Source: Octopus sinensis (lineage: Eukaryota). Taken from it: DNA of 64,000 bases. The translations under genes and the position numbers were made by a program. The stretch lies in assembly GCF_006345805.1 (NCBI RefSeq), contig NC_043018.1:12214001-12278000 (forward strand). The letters are read 5' to 3'. A model generated the notes under the pieces. That model saw only the letters and a list, made by a program, of their open reading frames with translations, ran no database searches and had not been told where the DNA came from. Below, piece after piece: positions 27,001 to 41,600 of the stretch (its first letter is position 1; each line of letters starts with the position of its first letter).

Positions 27001-30000
27001 GAATGATGATGATGATGATACACACAAACACACACACTCACATGCATCTATGTTTGTGAGTCTTTACTTCTGTGTGTCTTCACACTGATACCTATTTCTT
27101 TACTGCCCACAAGGGGCTAAACACAGAGGGGACGAACAAGGACAGACAAACGGATTAAGTCGATTATATCGACCCCAGTGCATAACTGGTACTTATTTAA
27201 TCGACCCTGAAAGGATGAAAGGCAAAGTCGACCTCGGTGGAATTTGAACTTAGAATGTAACAGCAGACAAAATACCGCTAAGCATTTCGCCTGGCGTGCT
27301 AACGTTTCTGCCAGCTCGCTGCCCTCTGTGTGTCTTCACACTGAGACCATTCGATTGACAGTATCTTCTCAAAACATTATGCTCTGCAGCTCAGTGATTT
27401 CAACTTGTGAAGAATAAAAAATATCTTGCTTGTAAGGCGGACAGGAAGGTCATCCAGCTGCTTACTACGGAGAGAATGAATTTCTTCCCCTCCAAACCAG
27501 CAGAGGAAAAGCAGACAGAAAAGGGATGAGAATCAAAACAATATGCGTAGAGAGACAGAAAGTGAGCAACTTCAATACGGGTTCAAGTTGAGATAAAGGA
27601 AATAATGCAGCGAGCCCCACACGCAAGGATCTGACCACAACACCAACAAACAACCTTTGCCAAATACTGGTCATTTGGCTCAAGTAAAAGAAAAGACAAA
27701 AAATTGAGGGTCAATTGAAATGTCAAAACAAGATTTTAGATTTCCTACCTTCCAGTCGAATCATAGCAGCTCTCTTGATCAATTGGTCAGCTAATTCAAC
27801 AGCATCTGCAGAGCTCAGAGAAAGTTCTCGAGACAAACCTATGACGAGGACACGCATTAGTGTATCTTCAAGAACAGGGACTTCAGAAGCAATGCGGAGC
27901 ATTAAGCTGTGGAAAGAGGGAGAGAGAGAGAGAGATGAGTGTTAAGATAGGAATAATTGAGTACAAAGAAGATGCATAAATGGATGTCTAGTGTTTGAAC
28001 AAATTGTTTCCAAGTGTGAAAGTGAAGAAGCACACATGAGTGAACTAGAGACAGAGAGAGAGTGTGTGTGTGGACCATGCACGCATATGTCTACCTAAAT
28101 CTGACTTTCTATGCTCACAGCCAATTATTAAGAGATAATATATGGTAGATATTAAAACAATGATGATAGTGGTGGTGGTGGTGGTGAGGTTAATGACTAA
28201 AATAACTCAGTTGCCAGATCACAGTTAACACACGAAGCTTTAGAGAGATTTTATCTGGCAAAAAGGATCCTCATTCACTTCCACTGAAGCTCCCCAATCA
28301 AATGGATTTTACGGTGCTTCCAGCAGAAAATTAAACACCACAGACACAGTTGAAATGTTTAATAACAAAAAAGAGAAAAAAAAGACAAAAAAAAACAATC
28401 CAACGGAAAATATATCACAAATCTCTTTAACCCTTTTAATAAAAATCTACCAGAGACTGCCCCAGGTCTCATGGTAACAATTTGTCTTGAAACCACACCT
28501 AATTCTTGGTAACAATCTACCAAAGATCATCCTTCCCCCTGTTTTCAAAGGTCACCCTTTATACCACATTATCAACCTACCTGAGACTACCACCTGCTCT
28601 GTGCTAATAATCTGCAGGAGACTATTCTTGGTTCCATGTTAGTCATCTGTCTGACAGCACTCTTGGTCCCAAACTACCCCAAAAAATCATGCCCTGGTCC
28701 TTTGTTAACAATCTACAGGGTGATTCGAAAGCCTTGTCACCCCCTACTAAAAAGTAATAAGAACAATAGAGGAACAATATAATAATATCAAACACTTGTA
28801 CTAGCCTTAGTGTATTCACTTTCATTGACACTGTCACACATCAAGAAGGTCTATATAAGCACCATGACTTTTGTGGCACAAAATGATGTGACACCATGTT
28901 CTGTGTGATATTTTACGAAGCTGTGCTTTGGTGATTGTTGCAAAGGGGCTGCCGAAGCAGCATCCTTCAACTGTTGGCTATTCTGGTACATGTATTCGAT
29001 ATTATCATATTGTTCCTCTATGGTTCTTATTGCTTTTCGTTAGGGGGGTAGCAAGACTTTAGGACCCCACCCGACACTTGAAAATTCTCAAATTAAAGTG
29101 TTTACATCGAAAAGTTCTTTTACTCTTTTACTTGTTTCAGTCATTTGACTGTGGCCATGCTGGAGCACCGCCTTTAGTCAAGCAAATCAACCCCAGGACT
29201 TATTCTTTGTAAGCCTAGTACTTATTCTATCAGTTTCTTTTGTTGAGCCACTAAGTTACGGGGACGTAAACACACCAGCATCGGTTGTCAAGCGATGCCG
29301 GTGGGGACAAACACACACACGCATATACATACATATACGACGGGCTTCTTTCAGTTTCCGTCTACCAAATCTACTCACAAGGCTTTGGTTGGCCCAAGGC
29401 TATAGTAGAAGACACTTGCCCAAGGTGCCATGCAGTGGGACTGAACCCAGAACCATGCAGTTGGTAAGCAAGTTACTTACCACACAGCCACTCCTGCGCA
29501 TTCCTAAGATAAAATAATAACCGGTAAAAGATTTTGCTATAAAAGAAGCATACTCTTATCAAGAATAGGGGTTAGGTGAGAAAAAAGGGGTTAATCAATA
29601 ATTGCTACTTACGCCCGGTCAGACTCCAGGGGCCAGTTGTCTTTGTTGTGGTAATGCTCGGTACTTTCCATAAACAAGACTTTATGTAAACTGAAAATCA
29701 AAGGAGATCTTTGTAATAATAGGAAAAACAAGACTAAAGAACCCCAGCATGGCCATGCTGGAATGTTAGTGATTCATTACCAAATACATGGCATGCCAAA
29801 AATCTTATTCATGTCCTGCACAGGGAGACAGGGAACCACTTTCATATTTGAAAACCAATTTTTCTCACAAGTAATTATTTAACAGAAAAGTAATTTTGGT
29901 AATCTCAGACACACTAAAAAAGTACCAAAAAGTACCAAAAAGTACCAAAAAGTACCCCTGCCCAATTCACTTTCATATACTTTAGGAGTCAACTTTTTTG

Positions 30001-33000
30001 TTGCATCACTGCAACCTGGACACAGTTGCAATCTCTTCCTTCTCCATTGGAATCTCTTGGCATTTCTTTATGCATTACAGTCTGTACCAGTGCAGCTGTC
30101 ACTTGCACACAGTGCCTCATTCATTCTTACTTACTAAAACTGATCCCTCTTCCATGCAGTTGATCCCTCAACTTGTCTGTACCATGTCACTCATACACTT
30201 TAACATCAAGTGGTTCAGGCTGGTTTCATTTCTTTCCCGCTTTTACATGTTATCTGCATTCAATGCGCATGTTTCACTTTCATACAACTTTATACTTTGT
30301 ACATAAGTAACATGCAGTCTACTCTTTGCTTAACAGAACTCCTTGCTGCAGCGAGCTGGCAGAAACGTTAGCATGCCGGGCGAAATGCTTAGTGGTATTT
30401 CGTCTGCTGTTACGTTCTGGGTTCAAATTCCACCGAGGTCGACTTTGCCTTTCATCCTTTTGGGGTCAATAAATTAAGTACCAGTTATGCACTGGGGTTG
30501 ATCTAATCGACTTAATCCCTTTGTCTGTCCTTGTTTGTCCCCTCGTGGGCAATAAAGAAATAAGAATTCCTTGCTGTACGCAGAGATAATAGCTCCCTAA
30601 CTTTTCCACCCTGTTGTTACTCTTACTATTTTCAGAGCACCTGCTCCACAGCTGATTAAATTGTCCAGTTAAGAAAAGCTATCTGCTACTTCTATGGAGC
30701 CATCCAAACATTGAAAAGAATTTATTTTATTCAGGCTCTGACTGCTAACTACTCCAGTGCATTTGCCACATACAAAGTCTTTGGTCATTGTCAGCCTACC
30801 TGCAATCACAGTACACTCATTTTACACCCATAATTCATACAGTGTACATTGTGCAGAGTTTCGACCGATTCCTTTTCTGCAGACTGACCACAACCATTTC
30901 TCTGATGGCAACAGTCTTGCCTTCCTTCCTCCTTACAAAATCTTGCTGTCAATTTTACTCTGAAGTGCTTCAATTATAAGTTTTGTTTCTAAGTCTTCCA
31001 TTGACTTTGCTATACGTATATAAGGGATCTTATGAACAACCAATCTCAAACTCTTTTGCTATAGTTTGGAGAAATAACATAAACAGGAAGGGATTGAGAA
31101 TCAATCCTTGATGAACACCACACATCTACACTAAATTCCTCATTAAACTTATTGCTAACTCTCACTTTGCTGACTACATCTCTATACATGGCTTGCGCTG
31201 TTCTTACAAACCATTCATCAATACCGAGTTCTCTTAAAGAACCAACAAACTACAGATCATATACTGTGCCAAAAGTCTCCTCAAGACCAACAAATGTTAG
31301 ATATAAAGGCTTACACTTAGCTAAAAACTTCTCGGTTGTGCCCTGACCTGGCACAAAACCAAACTGCATCTTATCTAATCTGATTCTCTTCCTAATTCTG
31401 CTGATACATTTCCTGTTACTTTTACAATCAAATGAATCAGTTTGATATGTCTGTAGTTGGTTCTTTATAAAGCATCCTTAACTGCTGTAGTAGTAGTAGT
31501 TGACTGTTGATGGCTATACCAATCAGTTGGTAGGATACCTTTGTATAACTTGAGAGATTATGTGAGAGATTAGTTTGAGTCTTAATTGCCACATATCTTC
31601 AGGATCTCAATGGAATTGTAACTTTCTCCCATCTTCATATCTTTCACGGCCAGTTTGACCATACAACTGTCCACTCCAATAGCTGGTTCCCTCCATAAGC
31701 TACACTTGAAGTAGTTCCTCCTCTTCTCACATTTTCAAGCCTGAGATGACCAAAGTGGAATTTGATTTCAGAAGGCAAAGCGTCAGAACACAACAACACA
31801 AAGCATTTGTTTGATGCTCTAACAACTCTACTAACAACAACAACAACAGTAATAATAATAGTCTTTTGAGGGGAGAGGATTAGTTGATACCACTGACCCT
31901 AAGACTTGACTGGTATTTAATTTCATCTACCTTGGAGGAATGAAAAACAAAGATGGCTCTGGTAACATTTGAACTCAGAATGTAAAGAACTAGGAGAAAT
32001 ATAAGATATTTTTCAGTTACTCAAACAGTTGTGCAGACAATTACTAATATAGGATAAAGACCCCCCCCCCTCCGATCATGAATGACCTTGGAATTGCACC
32101 TAGAAAGTTACCCTCTGAAGCATAAGTTCGGGCAAGGTTGTTTATGGAAGACCAGCAGTCACCCATGCAATACCAGCCTCCCCTATCCGTGCCACCAATG
32201 TTATCCAAGGGAAAGGCAAAGGGGCGATACAGCTTGGCACCAGTGATGCCATAAGCTCATTTCTACAGATGAATAAACTGGAACAATTTGAAATATAATG
32301 TCTTGCTCAGAAATACAACACACAACCCGGTTCGGGAATTGAACTCACCACCTCATGATTGTGAGCCCAATGCTCTAATCATTGAGCCAGGTACAAGGTA
32401 AAAAAATCTATAGTGAGGTATTAGTTGGTTTAACAACCCCAGTGCTTGACTGTGACCTTGGAAAGATGAAAGACTAAGTGGTGGACCTAAGTTTGAACTC
32501 AGAACTTAAAGTGCTGGAACAGGTAGCGTGTAGGGCCTTTTCACTGATTCTGCCATTCCACCACCCACCACCCACCAATACAATAATACCAACCCACTCC
32601 CATCATCCTAATCCTAATAATCTTTTCTACTATGGACACAAGGCTTAAAATTTGGTGGGAGGGGAGGGGGGGCTACTCAATTACATTGACCCCAGTGTTT
32701 CACTGGTACTTATTTTATCGACCCTGAAAGGATGAAAAGCAAAGTCAACCTCAGTAGAATTTGAACTCAGACGAAATGCCGCCAAGCCTTTTGCTAGCCA
32801 TGCTAATGATTCTGCCACCTGGCTGCCCGTGGTTATAACAACAACAACAGACGAAATCATGCGAGAGCATCGAATTCAAGGAGAAGAAAAAGGCAGTCGT
32901 TACCAGTGAACATATTCATGCGGTTTCATTTCGACTATACTTGGTACAACAGTGTGAAGCCACCACACACTGTCTCGTTGAATAAGTGTTACCTGCTGCT

Positions 33001-36000
33001 GATATTGGTGAAGAATTTCCAAATCTGAAAGTTATAATTGAAAAAAAAAAAAAATAAATAAATACCAAAGACATCATCATCATCATCATCATTCTTATAT
33101 CCACTTTCTGCCACATTCAGTAATTTGGTGTAGATGAATGGCTTGTAACTGGACGATTTTAGCGAAGAATTAAGCATAAATGTAGTTCATCAGGGCTCAG
33201 TCGACAGTCCCCTCCTATTTATCATAGACCTACATACCATCACAGAAGAATTTGAAACTAGATGCCCTTGGGAACACCTATATGCTGATGACCAAGCTCT
33301 CATAGCTGAATCTAGAAGAAATTCTGGGCATGGAAGCCTTAGCAAAGGCTCTAGTCAGGAAGAAAGAAGAGAGGACTCTGATATCTTCAGGGAAATGGTT
33401 TTGTTCAATATGAATTCCATAAACTGTACCCAATGTAACCGAGAGAAATGCAAGAAATGCAGTGGAATCAAAGGAAGACTAGCAGAGAACTTAAAGCTTT
33501 GTATATTAAAGATGCACTGGGGTAGGATGTATTATGAACATACCAGAAATAGATGATTTTGAATTCTAGGGTGGCTCACTAGAAATATGCTGTGTCTAGA
33601 GGGAGTCATGTTGTCCTAATGCCTTATTACCGAACACACTCACCGGTTCAATTTCCACTCATTTATTATTTATAATTTTTCTTCCAAAATTTTTGTTGCT
33701 TTTGCAACTTTGTCAATGGACGTTGACTCTGTCCGTTATTGGAGCTGCATTCTTTTTTTGACTGTTTGTGTGCATGTGTGTTCTGCATATTCATGTTTGT
33801 GTGAGTGTGTGAGTGTGAACCACTGGCCCCTTGTGTATGCATGTTCGAGTGTGTTTATGTGTGTGGGTTTGTGTGACTGTACATATGTCTGTTATGTATG
33901 GATGTGTCTCCATGTGTCTCTGGTCATCTTTTTGTGTGTGTGTGCTTGTCTATCTACTTACCTATGTATCCATCTGTTTACCTACCTATATATTTGTATA
34001 TAATTACCCAGTAATATCCAGAAAAGTAGGGGTTATTTCCAATTCCTGTTCCCATTACACTGTTTCGTGTCTGATACCATTCCCTGTTCAGTTCCCATTC
34101 CTATTCCAGATCTTATGTCAATATATGAATTTTAGAATCCGTTCGGTGTAATTAAGCCATTAAATATTTTATTAACCTTTATGGTAATAGTTTATTGCTA
34201 AAAATAGGTGTTACAAACTATTAATCCAATCAGTGGGCGAAGAAGGAATGACCCTATATTATTTTAACAAACTGAGTACAATAAATTAGACAAAGAGATA
34301 GATTTACAAATACATCGACAAATAGTCCGCATATTGCAGCTGGTGATGTCACATGTCGTAGCTGATGTGTAAACATGCGCTACAGCCCCGATCCCTAAGG
34401 GATCCATTATAGATTTTTATTGAAATCCAATTTGCTTATAATTCAACTGGATGTTAGGAACAAATAAATAACAAAATCGGATTTAATGTGGAAAATTATT
34501 TCAATAAACCAAATTTGAAACATATTGATATAATTTTAAAATCTCACAATATGTGACAGCAACAAGGAAGACCCTACAAAAGTAGAGAGACAGACAGTTA
34601 TAGGACGTGACACACAGACACACAAATTTACAGATGTGCACACAGGTAATTATGAATTTAAAATGGTGTATAGTAGACATGTAGGCGCAGGAGTGGCTGT
34701 GTGGTAAGTAGCTTGCTTACCAACCACATGGTTCTGGGTTCAGTCCCACTGCGTGGCACCTTAGGCAAGTGTCTTCTACTATAGCCTCGGGAGTTAGGCA
34801 TGGCATCCAACCATAGAAACCATACCAAAGCAGGCACTAGTGCATAATGCAGTCCTGTCAAACCATCCAATGCCTGCCAGCACAGAACGCAGACATTGAT
34901 GATGACATATATATCAGTGTAATAACTGTACTAACCTTTACGATCCCCACGTGCCAAATTGCCAAAAGCTTCTCTCACTGAAGGTGTGATTCCAACCAAG
35001 ATGGTCAAAGTGATGAGATCAGTTATTGCCAAAACATACCGCTCCTAAGAAAAAAAATTATATATGTATATATATGAGGTACTTTTGGTGAAGCATTTAA
35101 AGAGATTTGTGTATGGCTGGAACAATGCAAGAATTACAAGGTAAACTACAAAAGGAAAAGAAAGAAACATGATATAGTGATCAGGGCTCTGTGGTAAGTA
35201 GCTTGCTTACCAACAACATGGTTCCGGGTTCAGTCCCACTGCGTGGCACCTTGGGCAAGTGTCTTCAACTATAGCCTCGGGCCGACCAAAGCCTTGTGAG
35301 TGGATTTGGTAGACAGAAACTGAAAGAAGTCCCTCGTATGTGTGTGTGTGTGTATGTATATATGTATGTATATGTTTGTGTGTCTGTGTTTATCCCCCCA
35401 ACCAATGCTGGTGTGTTTACGTCCCTGTAACTCAGCGGTTCGGCAAAAGAGATCGATAGAATAAGTAACAGGCTTACAAAAAATAAGTCCTGGGGTCGAT
35501 TTGCTCGACTAAAGGCGTTGCTCCAGCATGGCCACAGTCAAATGACTGAAACAATTAAAAGAGTAGATATATGTGCTGAACATTAGCTCCCTCCCTCCCT
35601 CCCTCACATCAACATTACCTGGACAGGTGCACAGTGTACCCCAGGTCAGGTGTCAAAGTGATCACAGAGCAATGTGGAATGAAATATTTTGTTCAAGGAC
35701 ACAACGCCCCACCAGGAATTGAAACCCTGATGTCTCAGTTGGCACTGCAACACCCTAACCATCATATATACAGGGTGTCCCGAAAATAAGGCAGCCAAAG
35801 TTTTGGACTTTAATAACTATCAATAAATGTGATAAGATATGAAAATTATACATCATTATAGAAGCATAGTGTGTCTCCTTTTTGTTTCAGACTAAATATA
35901 TTCAGATTTATAAATTAGATAATGGCTATAGAGTAAAACATAATCATAACCTTCCACAAAGGAGGTGAAAGTAAAACAGCTTTAGCAATAAAGGCTTAAG

Positions 36001-38585
36001 ATTAACAGAACAACAGTCTGAAAAACTGTCAATAAATTTCAAGAGACGGGTTTCACTGGCGATTGAACTTGACGTAACTGAAAAACAAGTGCACAGATAC
36101 CTCAGCTTATCAAAAGTAGCAGAGAAAAGATACGGTGATATCCTCATTATTCTGTCAGAAAACTGGCTACCACAGCAAAAAATAAGCTGAACACCAATGC
36201 ACTGAGTGCTGAAGGAGGATCTTAAGACCTACTCCTACAAGATGATCTGTCGTCATGAGCTCACACAAGTTTATAAGGCCATGAGACTGGAAAGAAGTCA
36301 TCTTATCTTGTGTCAGATAGCTGAAGGCATGATGTTCAACCTGGTGTTCACTGATGAAAAGAAATTTGACATCAAATGTCTTTTTTAGTGTATTTTTGGA
36401 TCCATCAAATGTAGAGTTGAAAATCAATGTCAAAATCCAGTCATTTATGGTTTGGGCAGCTGTGACAGCCACTGGAAAGTCTCCCCTCATTTTTGTGCCC
36501 TGGGGTATTAAAATTAACACCCAGCAATACATTAATGACATTTTGGAAGCTGAACTATTTCCATGGACGAATGAGCATTTTCAAAGCACATCTTGGAGCC
36601 TCCAACAGGACTTGGCACCATCCCATAGCTCCAAACAGACACAGCACTGGATTCAGAAAAACATTCCATCGTTCATAGGCAAGGAGGTATGGCCCTCGAG
36701 AAGCCCTAATCTCAACCCATTGGATTTTTCTGTTTGTTCCATTTTGGGGATGAGGGTCTTGAGCACTCCTCATGTTTCCCTTGATACTCTGAAGGCAAAA
36801 CTGTGCCAAGAATGGGCTTCAATTCTGCAAGAACAGCTGGATGCCACATGTGAGGCAATTGCAGCTGGAGTTAAAGCTGTGATTTGAAACCGAGGCAGTC
36901 GTATCAAATAAATGTGGTAGTGTGATAATTGGGTTTCTTTTACCATTGCTCAGACCTCAAATATAACAATATTTTGCTTTGGCTAATTGGAAAAAGGTGG
37001 TTGCCTTAATTTTGGGTGGGTGGGTAGGTAAGGAGAGAGAGAGAGAGAGTTTTAATTAAAAGTTTATTACAAGTTTTATTCAGTTGCTACACCTTATTCT
37101 CCCCATTCTGAAGTTCCATGCCTCCCACAAAATATCCTCCCTCACACAAGTGGAGCATATACCCTTGTTTGAGAAACACTGCAGAGTAGATGGAGACTGT
37201 ACAGAAGCCCATCACATACAAGTACATCTGAGTAAATTGATGCATACAAGGGAGTTAACTACCTAAGAGACATAACTCTTAGTATTGGGCTGTCCGGAAA
37301 GTTCGTGCCAATTTATAGTAGCTTACCTTCCAACTTATTTTAGAACATGGTTGAGTCCATAAAATAGGATTTGACTACACCTCCATTTAGAGCACAGTTT
37401 AAGCTATCTTTTCATGGAAGAAGGTTTATGTTCCTACAACCTGTGCTAATTTTGTAACCCTTTAAAATGGAAGATAAGAAAGTTCATTTTCGGCACTTGA
37501 TGCTTTGGGAACCAGACAAAAATTGCTGCAGCTTGGCTGGGATGTGTTACCCCACCCTCCATATTCACCAGATATTGCTCCTTCGGATTTCCACTTATTC
37601 AGGTCTCTGCAGAATAGTCTTAATGGTAAAAATTTCAATTCCTTGGATGACGTAAAAAGATACCTTGATAAATTCTTTGCCATGAAACCACCTCAATTCT
37701 GGGAAGAGGGTATTTTCAAGTTAAAGGAAAGATGGAGATGCATTGTGCAACAAAACGGTTCATATTTGGTTGATTAAAAAGGTAATGGCAAGTATTTATT
37801 GACCTTTTTCTTTCCTTTAAAAATCGGCACAAACTTTCCGGACAACCTCATAGTTCATAAAATGAGCAGTAGACCAAGAACAGCGGTTAACATAATCAAT
37901 GAATACCATTGAAGGTAGTGCCATACATGACTACTGTCTAAATATTGAAACCAGTAAGAGAATAATGGAATAAAAGAATACTTACTTTAAATGCTTGATC
38001 CATTTCAAGAAATTTAGTCTCAGTCCGTTTTTGCATCAGACCCAAACAGAAAGCCACAAAGTTCAAATCATGCCTCAATGAACGAACGATTTCCCTAAAT
38101 AGAGCCCTTAATGCTCTTAGGTAGTCTTCTTTATTAACCAAAAGGTCCTGGAAGATTTCAGCAAGGATCTGGTAGGTGAGATATGCAAAAGACGTTAGGA
38201 ATATTAGATGAGGAGGAGAAAAAAGAAACAGTGGTATTGGTAATAAAGATGATGATGATGATACTGGTGTTGCTAATGGAAATTGTGGTGATGATGTTGG
38301 CTAGGGTGATGCTAATATTGACTACAGTGGTGACAGTAATGGTGCTGTTGGCTGTGATGGTAATGGTGATGGTGGTGATCATGAAGAAGATAATAGTAAA
38401 GGCCATGGATGAGTTGGGTGTTCAGCTGAGGTCAAACTTGATCAGGCAAACACATCCCATCTTTCTACAGATCAGGGACTATTGTTGTTCTTTTGGAAGT
38501 AATTACAGGTGTCGTTTAATGTAGGTATGGCAACTATTTGATTCAGGCTAAGCAAATGCAGAAGCTCCTGTTGGCAGCGTTAGCA

Positions 38586-38636
<51 letters not shown>

Positions 38637-41600
38637 TTAAAATCAGCCCTGACTGAGCAGACAGAGTCTTGGGTATTGCAACCTTATTTCACCCCCCCCC
38701 TACCTCAGACACAATGCAACCAGCATGGAATACAGACTGATGATGATGATGATACTTACTCTAGCAGATGTTTCTGGAGAACTTTGACAAATGACACCAA
38801 GTAAAGCCATGTTGTTAGGGTTACGAGCACTGGACAACTCATTGTAGATGGTCTGCGTTAATATCATTCGTAAATTTTCAGAGTTTTGTGAAAGAAGTTC
38901 TCTGTAATTATATTTTTAAAAAAAAATTATAATAATTGTTTCAAACATTGGCACAGAATTAGGGAGTGATTACAGTCAGGTAAATTAACCCCAGTGTATT
39001 TTATCCCTATGTTACAGGTCTGTAGTTCCACCTCCTCCTTTCTCAAGTAGGGTGTCCCTAAAATTCCGACCATTTAAAGGATCTTTAAGCTTCCAAATCC
39101 TTCTTTCCCAGATTGGTCTGTTTCTTGGAATCGTTCTTGCCTGAAGTCTTAAGTCACTAATAACTCATCTATGCTGGGGAAACATTATTCACCAGAGATC
39201 TTTGCATTGAAGTGCAACCATGTATCAGCACATCACTGTTTCCATCATTTGTTGGTGGTTCCCTACTTCTGGCAGATGATACCTTGGCACCACTCTAGCA
39301 GCAACCCTCCAATTCATGGCTCTGTTTGGGTAGTTATTGCTGGTGAAGGTTTAACGAGGTCAGAGTGCAAATCCTATCTCAACTTCCTTTAGTCAGCTTT
39401 TATGACACAGAGGTATCATTGGATCTATTCTTTGACATGCCAATCCCCACACAGCACTAGAGCAACATGAAATGGAGTGCTTTATTCAAGAACACAACAC
39501 ACCACCCCAGTCCAGGAATCAAACCCATGATCTAGCTAAATCATGAGTGCAACACTAACCACTAGTCCACACATTTTATCCACTCAGACATGTAATGGGT
39601 AACGGACTGAATTAAGCACAAATTAAAAAAAAAATTGAAATAAATTATTTTCATTTTTGCCACAGAAATTCTCATAAATCAGAAGCTCAAAAAGTGAGGA
39701 CTTCTCCAGAAATTGTTTTAGATTTTACCAAATTCCTTTAAAATCATAAAATTAAAAAGAATTGAAAAACACTGGCAACTGGAGCCTCTACTTGGTCTCT
39801 CAACTTGTAAATAGCAGTCAAGTCTCCCTCAAACCAGACCCAAAGGGCCTGTTGGATAATGTGTTCTTGGGTTTCCTTCATGTAGGAAAAAAGGCAAGTC
39901 ATGGATGGAATATCTCTGAAAGGTCTATAAGTGGGCTCAATCAGAAGTGTCTTAGGGATGTGCCACAAGAACTCATAACAGATATAATCAGGGAATGAGT
40001 TAATGAAAAGAAAAAGGAAAGAAAGAAAAAAAAAACTCTTACCGCAGACTTGAAAGGTAATGGTTAATTAGAGGTTTAGTTTTCAGTCGAATTTTTGTTA
40101 GTTGAACAATGGTCTCCACATCCATGGAAGATGATTGGTCACAATTGAGGCAGACAGAAAGCAGAAGGTCTTGAGCCGATCGAGACAACTGTAATGGGAG
40201 AGAGAAAGTGTAAAAATAGCTTTTAGTCATATTTCACAAAGGATGACAGATTAATTTACAAACTGTTTAAGTTTAGCAAAACCTTTTGGATTCCATCAAG
40301 AGTTATGTCAAAACTCTTGATGGAATCCCATCTCTTGTCTCCTGGGGCTTAGTTTTGTCTTTTTCACAGGAACAACAAACCAGATGTGACAACTCTCATA
40401 ACAGAAAGCTGTTGCCATATTTTTCTTTACCATTCCAGCCACTCTGAAGAGTGCTGTCTTAGATTAATCATCTGATTATTAAGTATACTGATTGGTAAGA
40501 TCAGTTGAAATGGATCTGGAATATTATATGTTTTAATTTAGCCTCTTCCAGCAATCAGCACTTCTTTATACATCTGACCTCATCCATCCACGTGACAATT
40601 CCAGTACAATCTTGCCTGCACACCACATAAGATGCTTCTTATATCCAATTTTTATCAACATATTTGTGCTTTGTCATGTATGCATGCTGACATTTTAATC
40701 TAGCAAAGCAGGCTAGTTTCATTTCTTTCCAGTCTTTGCATTCACAACCCCAGTTTCACTACCATGTAGCACTGCTGTTCAAACATAGGCATTGTACAAT
40801 CTGACTTTCACTATTAGAGGCCTTTTGATACTAACAGTGGTAACAGTTCCCTGAGCATTCTCCAACCAGTCCTTAGTCTAGCAAATATAAGTTCAGTGCA
40901 CCCCAACCACCCACTGCTAATTACATCACCTACTCAACAGAGCTACTTCCCAAGTGTTTTCAACTGCATCTATGCCTCCACCAAAAAGCCTACTTTCACC
41001 ATTAATCTTTCTCGGATTCCCCTGCATCTCTTATGCGTCCATAGTTTGCACTGAGTATAACATATGGAATTTCTACCAAATCGCGGTTTCAATTCCCAGA
41101 CTGGGCGCTGTGTGCGTTTATTGAGCAAAAACACCTAAAAGCTCCATGAGGCTCCGGCAGGGTGGGTGGGTGGCGACCCCTGTTGTACTCTTTTGCCTCA
41201 ACTTTCTCTCACTCTTTCTTCCTGTTTCTTGAGTAATGCTGCGCCCCGGCCAGCTGGGGGGGGGGGGGGGACATATGCCACAGAAACCGGGCCTATGAGC
41301 CTGGCTAGGCTTGAAAAGGGTGCAAAGAACAGCAAGTTATCCTCAAACTAGGGACCTGGTCTTTAATACTTGCTCTGAAGTGTCGGGTGGGGGTGTTCAG
41401 CTAGCTGAGGGAGTAAGTGAAAATTCACACAACCAACCTTTGGATTTTGTAGCCACATTTCTAGACGCTGTGCTGCAGTAAGACGGATCTCCCCAGAACC
41501 ACAAGTGACTGTCATCAGCCGGATTAAGTTGCGTGTTGAACCATCCATTGGCTGACGTTTGTTCAGTTGTTCTCTCACAATTTCAAGGACATCTGATTCT

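Noticed and set aside
38158-38804. Poly-Met and hydrophobic ORFs
   Set aside because: Produced by (GAT)n/(GGT)n simple repeats in INTS1 intron 9.
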